Positions 45,561 to 54,445 of a stretch of DNA of 64,000 nucleotides are shown piece by piece. Under the pieces are notes generated by a model. It searched no databases and was not told the origin of the DNA. It saw only the letters and a program-made list of their open reading frames with translations. The DNA comes from a virus (Duplodnaviria; Heunggongvirae; Uroviricota; Caudoviricetes), in the IMG/VR virus record IMGVR_UViG_3300042398_001353; one strand, given 5' to 3'. The position numbers and the translations under genes are program-made. Each line of letters starts with the position of its first letter. Within the stretch, counting starts at the first letter, position 1.

Positions 45561-45572
45561 TATTTATATTAT
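45558..45572 (+). promoter_or_regulatory. TAATATTTATATTAT box
   Basis: Immediately precedes ATG 45573. Confidence 0.4.
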
Positions 45573-46079
45573 ATGAAAATCATCATCACAGAGACCCAAT
45601 TAAAATCTATTATAGAGGTTAGCGGGAAACCAAAGTACCCAAATTTAGATTTAATGTCTGATGATGAGGTAGCACAAATTGCGTCTGAACATATCAAGAA
45701 GTATAGAACACTTAAAAATAATAAGGCTTTATTAAATGCGTGTATAGAGAGAGGTATAGATTATGACTCATTCAGACCTTTGACTAGTGCTAAGAAATAT
45801 AGAATGATGAGTGATGATGAGTTATTGAAATTGGCTAGAAAGTATAGCAATATGGGAGACCTTCAGCAGAAAGCCGGTGTATTATATTACGAATTAAAAA
45901 AGCGAGATATATCTAAGAATTTATTTAAACCTTTTATGAGGTATATCAATACGGAGATTCCAACTGATATGTTTTTAAAGAAGAAGAAAGATTATACAGA
46001 CTTGGATGATGATAGAAGATATGACAGTGATTCTTTTATGTTTAGTCCTGTTAACGAGGAAATTAGAAAGAAGAATTAA
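45573..46079 (+). CDS. leader-tagged protein
   Basis: MKIIITETQLKSIIEVSG. Confidence 0.5.
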   Translation: MKIIITETQLKSIIEVSGKPKYPNLDLMSDDEVAQIASEHIKKYRTLKNNKALLNACIERGIDYDSFRPLTSAKKYRMMSDDELLKLARKYSNMGDLQQKAGVLYYELKKRDISKNLFKPFMRYINTEIPTDMFLKKKKDYTDLDDDRRYDSDSFMFSPVNEEIRKKN

Positions 46080-46201
46080 TACTTATAACATATGGCAAAC
46101 GCAAAGAAAAAACCCGTAGCTAGAAGATCTAGAAGATCTGGGATTAAAAAAATGGAACTAGTTAAAAGAAATAATGAAATTTTAAAGAAATTTTTAACAA
46201 A

Positions 46202-46702
46202 ATGAAACAAACATTAAACGAACAGGTTGCTAGAATTAAAGCTATGATGAATCTTAATGAAGATGATTCACAAGCCATGTTAATGCAGGACACACAAGAA
46301 TTTAATGAAAAGGTTGACGAAGATTTAACTCCGGAAGAATTTAAGGAAGTTATATGTTCAGATCCTGATGCTCTTGAATTACCACAAGATATTACTAGTG
46401 AACAGAAACAAACTGTTGATCAGTTAAAACAAAAAATGAAAACTGCATCATTTTCTGAATTAATCCAGGCAAAAAGACAATTAAAGGAATTAAAAAGACA
46501 ACAGCAAAATGAACAGGTTGCTGGACCGGCTGTTATAACTTTATTGGGTGTTAGTATGCCACCCGCTTTTGCTATGGTAATTGGTGGAATAATTTTTATC
46601 ATGTTATTAACAATTTTAAGTAGATTCTTTAAATTTACAAGAACAGAAACCTATTGGTGTGATGGAAAAAAGTCACGTTTATTTGGTTTGCTTAGATGGT
46701 AG
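46202..46702 (+). CDS. leader-tagged protein with C-terminal TM anchor, class-2 leader
   Basis: MKQTLNEQVARIKAMMNLNED; C-terminal hydrophobic AMVIGGIIFIMLLTILS. Confidence 0.45.
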   Translation: MKQTLNEQVARIKAMMNLNEDDSQAMLMQDTQEFNEKVDEDLTPEEFKEVICSDPDALELPQDITSEQKQTVDQLKQKMKTASFSELIQAKRQLKELKRQQQNEQVAGPAVITLLGVSMPPAFAMVIGGIIFIMLLTILSRFFKFTRTETYWCDGKKSRLFGLLRW

Positions 46703-46707
46703 CATAG

Positions 46708-46722
46708 CGCGGCTGCGCCGCG
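46708..46722. other. GC-only hairpin cgcggc-tgc-gccgcg in an AT-rich intergenic gap
   Basis: Perfect 6-bp G/C stem with 3-nt loop between 46702 and 46726; no T tract. Confidence 0.4.
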
Positions 46723-46725
46723 GCA

Positions 46726-47334
46726 ATGATGAATATGAAAAAGAATATTAACGAAGAGATTGAAAGAGTTAAAGATGTGATGGGTCTTACGGAGAACGTC
46801 GCTGTTAATTCATTGGACGACTTTCCTGAGGATATAAAAAAGATATTTTTAAACAACTATCTTCATTTGATCTCTAAATTTGATTGGAATAAAGAAAACG
46901 CGAGATTTACAAACAGGGCCACGGGAGAGTATGATGGTGAGGGATTTAATAAATGGATGAAGGAAGAAGAGAAGCGACAGTTTGAAAAAAGCAAAAGAAA
47001 AATAATGGCCGCTGTTGCTGAAGATGTGATTAACCTTAAAAGAAAAATGTATTTTCGTAAAAAAGCTGAAGAGTTTGAAAACGAATTAAAAGATCTTTTT
47101 GGTTTTCATATTATGGGTAATCATGAAGAGGTTGGTAGTCACATCAGTGACGATGTATTTCGTAAGTTTGTTGAAGAAAGACCTAAGTATAAAAAATATT
47201 ATGACAGATGGTCAAATCTTGAAGATGAAGACACCAAATACTTATTAAAGAACTATCATTCGGCGGCTAACGTTCCATCATATGCTGAGATAAGAAAAAT
47301 ATACAACTTTTTAAAAACAGGTAAAACAACATGA
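46726..47334 (+). CDS. leader-tagged protein, class-2 leader
   Basis: MMNMKKNINEEIERVKDVMGLTEN. Confidence 0.45.
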   Translation: MMNMKKNINEEIERVKDVMGLTENVAVNSLDDFPEDIKKIFLNNYLHLISKFDWNKENARFTNRATGEYDGEGFNKWMKEEEKRQFEKSKRKIMAAVAEDVINLKRKMYFRKKAEEFENELKDLFGFHIMGNHEEVGSHISDDVFRKFVEERPKYKKYYDRWSNLEDEDTKYLLKNYHSAANVPSYAEIRKIYNFLKTGKTT

Positions 47335-47747
47335 AACTAATAGACTTAATAACAGAAGGTTCAAACAAAAAGATTAATTGCAATCATTGTGATTGGTCAT
47401 GGAAAGAATCTGAAGGTGGTAAAGACAAATATGTTTGTCATAAGTGTGGTCATGATAATAAACCTGGATCATTTGATGAGTTTGCTCAGACAAGAATGAA
47501 AGGTGCTGATAAGATTGCAACAACCGCTAAAGCAAAAGGTGGTCCAGCAATGCTAACCTATCACCACTTCCACGTTAAGAATCCTTATTATAAAAAAGCG
47601 GCTGAAGGTAAGTTTGATCTTGCTGCAGCTAAAAAAGAATTTAAACAATGTGTTAAAGACTTATCTTCTGACATGGAACAAGTTGCATTTCAGAAATTGG
47701 TTGGACGCATTGAGGTGATTGGTGAATTAATCATCAAACACAAATAA
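47331..47747 (+). CDS. leader-tagged protein with CxxC pairs
   Basis: MKLIDLITEGSNKK; CNHCDW...CHKCGH zinc-ribbon-like. Confidence 0.45.
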   Translation: MKLIDLITEGSNKKINCNHCDWSWKESEGGKDKYVCHKCGHDNKPGSFDEFAQTRMKGADKIATTAKAKGGPAMLTYHHFHVKNPYYKKAAEGKFDLAAAKKEFKQCVKDLSSDMEQVAFQKLVGRIEVIGELIIKHK

Positions 47748-47803
47748 AGAGAACCAGGGTTTGAAGACCCTGCTTAGGACCGGGACTAGTTACTTATCCC
47801 GTT

Positions 47804-47836
47804 GGGATATGAATTCGCTACTCATATCCCTTTTTT
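47804..47836 (+). terminator. rho-independent terminator
   Basis: gggatatga/tcatatccc 9-bp stem followed by TTTTTT; an upstream minor hairpin caggg/ccctg. Confidence 0.6.
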
Positions 47837-47838
47837 AT

Positions 47839-47852
47839 TGTATTTATATATT
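47839..47852 (+). promoter_or_regulatory. TGTATTTATATATT box
   Basis: 2 nt upstream of ATG 47855. Confidence 0.4.
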
Positions 47853-47854
47853 AG

Positions 47855-48499
47855 ATGAAATTTGAAGATATTTTAAAAGAGGTTAATCATGTTGATTTAG
47901 ATGAAGCAACACCCGTCGAGAAGGATGAACTTGGGTCTGGTGCTGATCACCATGTCTACCCATCTAAACATAATCCAAAGATTGTATATAAATTAGGATC
48001 GGAGCATGCTGTGGATTTCTGGTTTGATATGTTCAAGAGCAATCCTAAGGTTTTTCCTGTTGTTTATAAAAGAGGTAAAACAAAAATGAGATTAAAGAAA
48101 GACAAGGTTGTCTTTAAGGATAATGGATTTGTTAGACTTAAAGCTGGTTCTGTTGAACCTGTTGATTATGTTGAAATGGAAAAACTTGATCCAAAAAGAG
48201 CGGAGACCGAATGGAAGTTATTAAATGATGCTATTATTGATATAACAGAGGGTCAATGGGATTTTCAAGACTATGTTCTTCATTTTGCATTATTCGAAAG
48301 TTCTAATATGAAACCAGATGTTGCATTGATGGTTCACGTTGTTGATGAATTAAAATCTGGGTTCCCAAGTGAACATAAAATGATATTAAGGTTTCTGGAT
48401 CTAATTATGGAGATTAAAAAAATAAACAAACACCCGGATTTACATATGTATAACTTTGGTTATGACACAAAGGGTGTTCTTAAGTGTCTTGACATTTAA
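47855..48499 (+). CDS. leader-tagged protein
   Basis: MKFEDILKEV. Confidence 0.45.
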   Translation: MKFEDILKEVNHVDLDEATPVEKDELGSGADHHVYPSKHNPKIVYKLGSEHAVDFWFDMFKSNPKVFPVVYKRGKTKMRLKKDKVVFKDNGFVRLKAGSVEPVDYVEMEKLDPKRAETEWKLLNDAIIDITEGQWDFQDYVLHFALFESSNMKPDVALMVHVVDELKSGFPSEHKMILRFLDLIMEIKKINKHPDLHMYNFGYDTKGVLKCLDI

Positions 48500-48512
48500 T
48501 CTATTTATAGTT

Positions 48513-49226
48513 ATGAATCTTATTCAAATATTAACTGAAATATATAGAGACCCCGAAGTTATTAAAATACAAACGGCGCTTAAAAACACGAATAAGTATG
48601 ATTTAGGTAAAAGTGGACCAGCTAAAGATGGTGTGGATGGGGTATATGGGAAATTAACAGATATTGCATATAGAAAAGAATATGGTAAACCCTTTAAAAC
48701 AACTAACACAAACGCAAACACTAAAAATAGGGGTCGATTTATAATTTCTGAGCCAAACAATGCAACCGATAAAACAGTCGCTGTTGTATTTGGTGGTATA
48801 TCATACGCAACACCAGCTTGGATGAAATCACAGGTGCCAAAAGAATTATTAAATAAAAAAACTTTTGTATTCGCACCACACACATCAAGTATAGATGAGG
48901 TACAAAAAGCAATAGGTAATAAGAAAATAACATCAGTAATGGGGTTTAGTGCAGGTGGTCATAAAGTTTGGCCATTAGCTGGACAATATAACTTTGTTGG
49001 ATTAATTGACCCTTCAACAAAAATATCATATATTGATGCGTATCCAATTAACAATAAATCAGTTGTGATGATGTTTAATAATAGTAATTGGACAAATGGT
49101 TATCCACATATTGCTGAAGCACAGAAAAGCGCCGCAAAATTAATGGGTAGTAACGCAATTAAAACCAGTTCTGGTCATGCTTCAATACCAGCAGAGTTTT
49201 TTGGAAAATTTATAAATAAAATATGA
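48513..49226 (+). CDS. leader-tagged PG_binding-like + alpha/beta-hydrolase (GxSxG) protein, candidate cell-wall esterase
   Basis: Start trimmed to MNLIQILTEIY (48513); VIKIQTALKNTNKYDLGKSGPAKDGVDGVYGKLTDIAY resembles PG_binding_1; GFSAGGH is a nucleophile elbow. Confidence 0.45.
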   Translation: MNLIQILTEIYRDPEVIKIQTALKNTNKYDLGKSGPAKDGVDGVYGKLTDIAYRKEYGKPFKTTNTNANTKNRGRFIISEPNNATDKTVAVVFGGISYATPAWMKSQVPKELLNKKTFVFAPHTSSIDEVQKAIGNKKITSVMGFSAGGHKVWPLAGQYNFVGLIDPSTKISYIDAYPINNKSVVMMFNNSNWTNGYPHIAEAQKSAAKLMGSNAIKTSSGHASIPAEFFGKFINKI

Positions 49227-50413
49227 AAAAAATAAAAATAACCGAATCACAGTTAAAGAGATTGGTTCTTAAAGAACAGGGGTTAAAGAATATAGGTAAT
49301 AAAATTAAAGCCGGTGTTCAAGGTGTTGTAGATAAGGTAAAAGGTGTTACACAAAACAAGGAGGTTCCGCAACCTGGTAAACCGGATAAAGGTAGAGATC
49401 TTGAACAACTTAGAACTGAATGGTCTAAAATTAATCAAGATACCAGTAATATGAGAGGTTATGGTGAGGCTGTTGGTCAAAAAGAAAATTCAGTTAGAAC
49501 TGTCGCTATGATGAAAGCTAAGACCGCAATTTTAAAAAAATTAAATAAACCACAAGCTAGATTTGGGTCTATTATTGTTGATGAAGCATTATTTCAATTA
49601 GAAAATGATAATTACATTAAATTAGTTGTTTTGGAATTAACAAAAGTGTGGGAAGATGGTGATGTTGTTAAGTTAAACGAAAGTGACTTAACTAGACTGG
49701 TTAAAATAATTGTTGAAAATATATCAACAGAAGGTATACCACAAGAAGATTTAGATGCTTTAAGAGCAGAGGCTCAGAAAATGGTTGATAACGCTAGAAC
49801 ACAAGCGCTAAAACGCAAAGAAGAATTAGATAGATTACTAGGAAACATTAGACAGGGTATTGAAAATGGAACATATGATTCTAGTGTGGAATCAGTATTA
49901 AATGATTATGTTAAGGAGAAAGAAAGAGAGTTCGAATATTATAATAAAGCTACGGTGGAAGGTTATATGGAGGGGTTGGTTTTTGAATACAAACGAAATA
50001 AAGCACACGAAGATTACGAGAGAGAAAAAATAGAAAGAAGAAAAACAAAAAAAATAACAAAAAAAGATATTATAAATCTATTTGTAACGGCATTAGAGGG
50101 TGGGTCAAATTATTGGTATTACCTACCAGAAATACCAGGTGGTGTTCGTGAAATTATGAATGATACTGGTATGATGCCTTCGGAAGCAATTGGTGAATAT
50201 GTTCTTAGAGGTGGTAATATTCAAGTAAACGACGCTGAGGAAGAAGATGAGGTTTTGGGTACCGTAGATATGGGTAGTTTAATAGGGGCTATTGAAAAAC
50301 TTAAAGAAGATTATCCAGAGAGATATTACAACATTATAGATGAGGAATATGATGCGGAAGATGCTGATATATTTTTCCAACTAGCCACGATGGGTGACGT
50401 CGTTTTTGGATAA
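49223..50413 (+). CDS. leader-tagged protein with coiled-coil region
   Basis: MKKIKITESQLKRLVLKEQG: consensus leader. Confidence 0.5.
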   Translation: MKKIKITESQLKRLVLKEQGLKNIGNKIKAGVQGVVDKVKGVTQNKEVPQPGKPDKGRDLEQLRTEWSKINQDTSNMRGYGEAVGQKENSVRTVAMMKAKTAILKKLNKPQARFGSIIVDEALFQLENDNYIKLVVLELTKVWEDGDVVKLNESDLTRLVKIIVENISTEGIPQEDLDALRAEAQKMVDNARTQALKRKEELDRLLGNIRQGIENGTYDSSVESVLNDYVKEKEREFEYYNKATVEGYMEGLVFEYKRNKAHEDYEREKIERRKTKKITKKDIINLFVTALEGGSNYWYYLPEIPGGVREIMNDTGMMPSEAIGEYVLRGGNIQVNDAEEEDEVLGTVDMGSLIGAIEKLKEDYPERYYNIIDEEYDAEDADIFFQLATMGDVVFG

Positions 50414-50416
50414 TAA

Positions 50417-50432
50417 CAATATTTATATATAG
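50417..50432 (+). promoter_or_regulatory. CAATATTTATATATAG box
   Basis: 14 nt upstream of ATG 50446. Confidence 0.35.
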
Positions 50433-50445
50433 AAAATTAAAAAAA

Positions 50446-51348
50446 ATGAAGAAAACGATCAAATTAACAGAAAGCGAATTAATTAAATTAGTTAAAAAAG
50501 TCATATCAGAGGCCGCTCTTGAACCAGAACCAATAGAAACTGGTGAACCAATTGCACTTTACTTTTTTGAATTCCCAGAAGGAAAAGCGACACCAATAAG
50601 CGCATATATGACAGATAAGAAAAGTGGTTATACACAAAAAGAAATAAATCAAATTATTAAAGATATTGCCGATTCCTTAAAGATGAGTGGTACACTTCGT
50701 GTTCTTGAAAAATATGGCTCACAAGTACCTCCGTTTATTCATTTACACGCAGGAACGTCACATAGCGGAAGCGGTGAGGTTAATGCTGCTGTAGCTGGAA
50801 AAAGACTTATATTTTTACAAAGTTTATTAATTAAGGCAATGGATTTACTTGGTGTTGACTCATCGGTAATCAAATCAATAATTGTTAACGATTCTCATTC
50901 AAGATATAATCCATCAAAAATAAATAGAAATTTTAGTGACCCTAAGAAAAAAGCAGTAGATCCTAGGGAAAGATTTGGTCATATCATTATCAATCAATTA
51001 ATTGAGGCTGGATTAGAGACTGGAGGAATCCAATCCGTGCAAAAAGGTTTAAATCGCGGATCTAGCGTTATAAATACTTGGGCTGTAGATGGTGTTGATG
51101 AAGATATCATTGTAAATAATATCCTAAAATTAGAATCATTTTCTGATATTATTGATTTAAGTAACTCTATTAGTGCTGGTGGAGTTTGGGCAGATTTAGA
51201 AGGTTTTTTAAATGATCAATTATTTGACGACCCATCAGAAATGAATACGGTGGCTAGGCATTTATCAAGGTTGGCATTAAGAAGTAATAAACAATCAGAT
51301 ACCATTAGAGTAGTTGGTGGAAAAATAAGTATTGGTTTAGGAAGATAA
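50446..51348 (+). CDS. leader-tagged protein
   Basis: MKKTIKLTESELIKLVKKVISEA. Confidence 0.5.
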   Translation: MKKTIKLTESELIKLVKKVISEAALEPEPIETGEPIALYFFEFPEGKATPISAYMTDKKSGYTQKEINQIIKDIADSLKMSGTLRVLEKYGSQVPPFIHLHAGTSHSGSGEVNAAVAGKRLIFLQSLLIKAMDLLGVDSSVIKSIIVNDSHSRYNPSKINRNFSDPKKKAVDPRERFGHIIINQLIEAGLETGGIQSVQKGLNRGSSVINTWAVDGVDEDIIVNNILKLESFSDIIDLSNSISAGGVWADLEGFLNDQLFDDPSEMNTVARHLSRLALRSNKQSDTIRVVGGKISIGLGR

Positions 51349-51377
51349 ATAATAAAATAAAATAAAACAATATAAAA

Positions 51378-51611
51378 ATGAATAAAAAAGTAAAATTAAC
51401 AGAAAGTGAATTAACTAATTTGATTAAAAAAATTCTTAGTGAAGAAGTTAGTAACAAACAAACGATATCAATTGAAAGTTTACATGAGTACATGCACAAC
51501 GAGTATAACCAAAAAAACAATAAAGGTGTTAAATTAGAATTTACATTTGATGGTACAAATATGGTTGTGAATTTTAATGGCGCTAAAATGGTTGTCGAAA
51601 AATGTTGGTAA
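51378..51611 (+). CDS. leader-tagged small protein
   Basis: MNKKVKLTESELTNLIKKILSEE. Confidence 0.45.
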   Translation: MNKKVKLTESELTNLIKKILSEEVSNKQTISIESLHEYMHNEYNQKNNKGVKLEFTFDGTNMVVNFNGAKMVVEKCW

Positions 51612-51619
51612 TCAAACTA

Positions 51620-51656
51620 TAAAAAAGAAACCCCAAGAAATTGGGGTTTTTTTTAT
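51620..51656. terminator. bidirectional rho-independent terminator
   Basis: A-run, cccca-agaaat-tgggg stem, T-run; sits between convergent genes 51378..51611 (+) and 51653..52570 (-). Confidence 0.7.
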
Positions 51657-52570
51657 TTTATTTGAAATATATTAATTTCCAGATTTGGATTTTCATCCTT
51701 AAATTTCTTAAACCTAATTATCTGCTCATCCATATCATCAAATATGTTGATGGTATCAATCGATGGGTTATTTCTTAGAATCTCCATTATTCTATCAGGT
51801 TTTTCTCTATTATCATTTTTAAAATTATAATAATCAAACACATATAATCCACTCAGTTTCTCCTTAACAATTGGTTCAAACTTTGGAATTCTATTTGTCA
51901 TTAAAATAGTAACTGAGTTTGGTATCACCGAATACTCATTATAAAACCCCTTTGTTTGTTCAATTGGTTGAACATCAAATGGTTTTAAACTATCTATTTG
52001 ACCCCACCAACCCTTATGCGGCCATTCATTTCCTGTTAATTCTTTATATTTTTCTTTTCCTGGACCTGGCATGGGTGAATCCATTAATGTACCATCAAAG
52101 TCAAATACATTTAATACGGTTGGGTTATCTTTTGCTTTAAACGGAGCTTGAAATAAAACTTCTTCTATCCTACCTGTAACATTAAAAGATTCGTCTAGTG
52201 GGGACCACTCGGTAATGGCATTAGAATCCTTCGGTTTAGCCCCATTTGCGGCGTTTATAGCCACGGTAATATGTGGAATAGCATTCTGTGATAAAGATGT
52301 CTCTATACCCACCGCAAGCGCCAAATCTGACTTCCCTAGCTTTGTCACACGTAATGTTACCTGTTGACCAAGTTTACCCTTTAAATCTTCAGGTAATTCA
52401 CCCATTTTTATTGTCATATGATGACAAATCACCTTCCAATCATTTGGAATTGACAAATGGTTTAATATGGCTTGTCTAGATTGTGGATCTAAAACAACAG
52501 CTGAATAAGAAACTTTGTAACTTTGTTCCTCGGTAAGAATGTCTAATAATCTCATAATTGATAAATACAA
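51653..52570 (-). CDS. leader-tagged 2H phosphoesterase (LigT/Acb1-like) + HAD phosphatase fusion
   Basis: MRLLDILTEEQ leader (after MYLSI); two H-x-T-x motifs (CHHMTIK, PHITVA) ~46 aa apart as in 2H phosphoesterases; then VFDFDGTLMDSP (HAD motif I DxDGT). Confidence 0.55.
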   Translation of the reverse strand: MYLSIMRLLDILTEEQSYKVSYSAVVLDPQSRQAILNHLSIPNDWKVICHHMTIKMGELPEDLKGKLGQQVTLRVTKLGKSDLALAVGIETSLSQNAIPHITVAINAANGAKPKDSNAITEWSPLDESFNVTGRIEEVLFQAPFKAKDNPTVLNVFDFDGTLMDSPMPGPGKEKYKELTGNEWPHKGWWGQIDSLKPFDVQPIEQTKGFYNEYSVIPNSVTILMTNRIPKFEPIVKEKLSGLYVFDYYNFKNDNREKPDRIMEILRNNPSIDTINIFDDMDEQIIRFKKFKDENPNLEINIFQIK

Positions 52571-52590
52571 TACAAAATTAAGTAATTTTT

Positions 52591-52604
52591 TTATATTTAT
52601 GTAT
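52591..52604 (+). promoter_or_regulatory. TTATATTTATGTAT box
   Basis: Immediately precedes ATG 52605. Confidence 0.4.
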
Positions 52605-53459
52605 ATGAAAATAATAATAACTTCAGATCAATTTAAAAGGATTAAGGGTAGTATGGATCATGATGGCCCAAAACCAAAAAAAGATCCAACAGCCAAGTTT
52701 TTAAAATGTCAGGGTTGCAAGAAGTTTTTTACACAAACATTTCATAAAAAAAAGAAATCGTTACCTATATGTCCTTGGTGTGGTAAACACAATATGGATC
52801 TGGAAGAGGCTGAACTTGATGAAAGAAGTAGAAGTTTTGCTTTTACCAGAAAAATGAGGTTATTTAGCAAAGCGGAAATGATGGCTAACCCAATGAGATA
52901 TAAAAATAGCGAACTTAAAAAAAGAGGTTTAGATGAAATTGGTGTTTATAAGTTCTCCGAAAGATCCAATGCTGGTGTTCCAGGAGTTCAGGACTATGAA
53001 GAAGTTATGAATAATGGTTCTCTTTTTAAAGAGGTAAATGGTTTTGTTTATCTATATGAGATTGATGAGGATGATTATAGTAGCACAACAATAAAAATTT
53101 ATATTGTAGACAAAGTAAAAAAAGAACAAGTTGGTGTTGCTGAATTTGAAATGAGAGGAGCCGATTTTTATGTTAGTTTACCATATGTTAGACAGGAATA
53201 TAGAAAGAGAGGTATCGCGATGGAGGTATATAAAATAATGTTAACATTTGGTGGTTTGGTATCAGGTAGAGCACAGTCAGAACAAGCTGTTGCTTTATGG
53301 AAAAAAATGTATAAAGAATTACCAAATAAAATGGTGTTCATCGACGATGAAGGGAAAGAATATGATGTTGAATTAATTAACAACGATTTAGTGTATGGTG
53401 ATGAAAAAGAAAGTGTATACAAAGATAGAGGTGGTAATTTAAAATTATATCAAAGCTAA
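52605..53459 (+). CDS. leader-tagged zinc-ribbon + GNAT-like acetyltransferase protein
   Basis: Start trimmed to MKIIITSDQFKRIKG; CQGCKK...CPWCGK zinc ribbon; VRQEYRKRGIAMEVY resembles GNAT motif A. Confidence 0.45.
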   Translation: MKIIITSDQFKRIKGSMDHDGPKPKKDPTAKFLKCQGCKKFFTQTFHKKKKSLPICPWCGKHNMDLEEAELDERSRSFAFTRKMRLFSKAEMMANPMRYKNSELKKRGLDEIGVYKFSERSNAGVPGVQDYEEVMNNGSLFKEVNGFVYLYEIDEDDYSSTTIKIYIVDKVKKEQVGVAEFEMRGADFYVSLPYVRQEYRKRGIAMEVYKIMLTFGGLVSGRAQSEQAVALWKKMYKELPNKMVFIDDEGKEYDVELINNDLVYGDEKESVYKDRGGNLKLYQS

Positions 53460-54445
53460 TGAAAAAGCTAGTAATAACAGAAGACCAATACAAAAGATTG
53501 GTAAAGCAGATTAGACAACCAGATGGTATTAGTTGTGGGCCAACTTGTATTAAAATGGTTGGTGATTTCTTTAAGGGAGAAGTTGCTAGCATTTCTGAAA
53601 TATGTAAGAGTTGTGGTACCGACCATATTACTGGAACGCCACCAGAAAGAATGAGAAAAGGGTTAAACTCCTTGGATATAAAATACATAGAACATATTGA
53701 TGATGTGAATCCATATGATTCATTAAGAGAAGCAATCGATAGAGGTAGCGTAACAATGTTAAGAACATTAACACATAGAGTACCTCATTGGATTGTTGTT
53801 CATTCATATAACCCAGAAGCACAAAACATTTTTTACGTAAACGATCCATGGTTGGGTCAGTTAGAATATAACGAGGAACAACTAGAAGAAATATGGAGAG
53901 AAAGAAATTACTTTTTCTTTGAGGTTTTAAAAGAAAATGAACAAATAGATTTAAATGAGGATGATGAGAGTAGTGTTATAATTAGACCATATAAAAACAA
54001 TGACTATAACGCTGTTTTTAATATGTTAGAAGATGTTTATAGTAAACTTGGTGGGATGAAAGCTGAATCTATATGGGGTGTGATTAATCAACAATGTAGG
54101 GGTAATTTTGGCTTGAGCGTTGTTGCTGAAGTTAATGGAGAAGTTGGTGGTTTTTATTTTATAACACAGGAAGACTTACCACCTAAAGAAGGTACAGAAA
54201 TAACGGATGACATGATTGGTATTCAAGGTGTTGCTTTAGGTATTTCTAGCAAATATAAAAATGTAGGGATTGGGAAACAATTAATAGTTTACCCACAAAC
54301 CATTGGTGCTGATTATATTTGGGGTTATCAGTTAAAACAGTTAGATAATATTGATGACTGGCTGAAGAGACGTAAAATATATCATGAAAACCCAGGAATG
54401 TATATAACTTATCAAATATTTAATAATAATGAAAAGAATAATTAA
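53459..54445 (+). CDS. leader-tagged peptidase C39-like (papain-fold) + GNAT-like acetyltransferase fusion
   Basis: MKKLVITEDQYKRLVKQIRQPDGISCGPTCIKMV (Q...C-G motif of C39 peptidases), HWIVVHSY, VNDPW (His/Asp); C-terminal GIQGVALGISSKYKNVGIGKQL (GNAT motif A-like). Confidence 0.5.
   Translation: MKKLVITEDQYKRLVKQIRQPDGISCGPTCIKMVGDFFKGEVASISEICKSCGTDHITGTPPERMRKGLNSLDIKYIEHIDDVNPYDSLREAIDRGSVTMLRTLTHRVPHWIVVHSYNPEAQNIFYVNDPWLGQLEYNEEQLEEIWRERNYFFFEVLKENEQIDLNEDDESSVIIRPYKNNDYNAVFNMLEDVYSKLGGMKAESIWGVINQQCRGNFGLSVVAEVNGEVGGFYFITQEDLPPKEGTEITDDMIGIQGVALGISSKYKNVGIGKQLIVYPQTIGADYIWGYQLKQLDNIDDWLKRRKIYHENPGMYITYQIFNNNEKNN

Noticed and set aside
47749-47840. Possible tRNA in the 90-bp gap after 47331..47747
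   Set aside because: The sequence folds into two simple hairpins (caggg/ccctg and gggatatga/tcatatccc + T6), not a cloverleaf with acceptor stem and CCA context. It is called a terminator.
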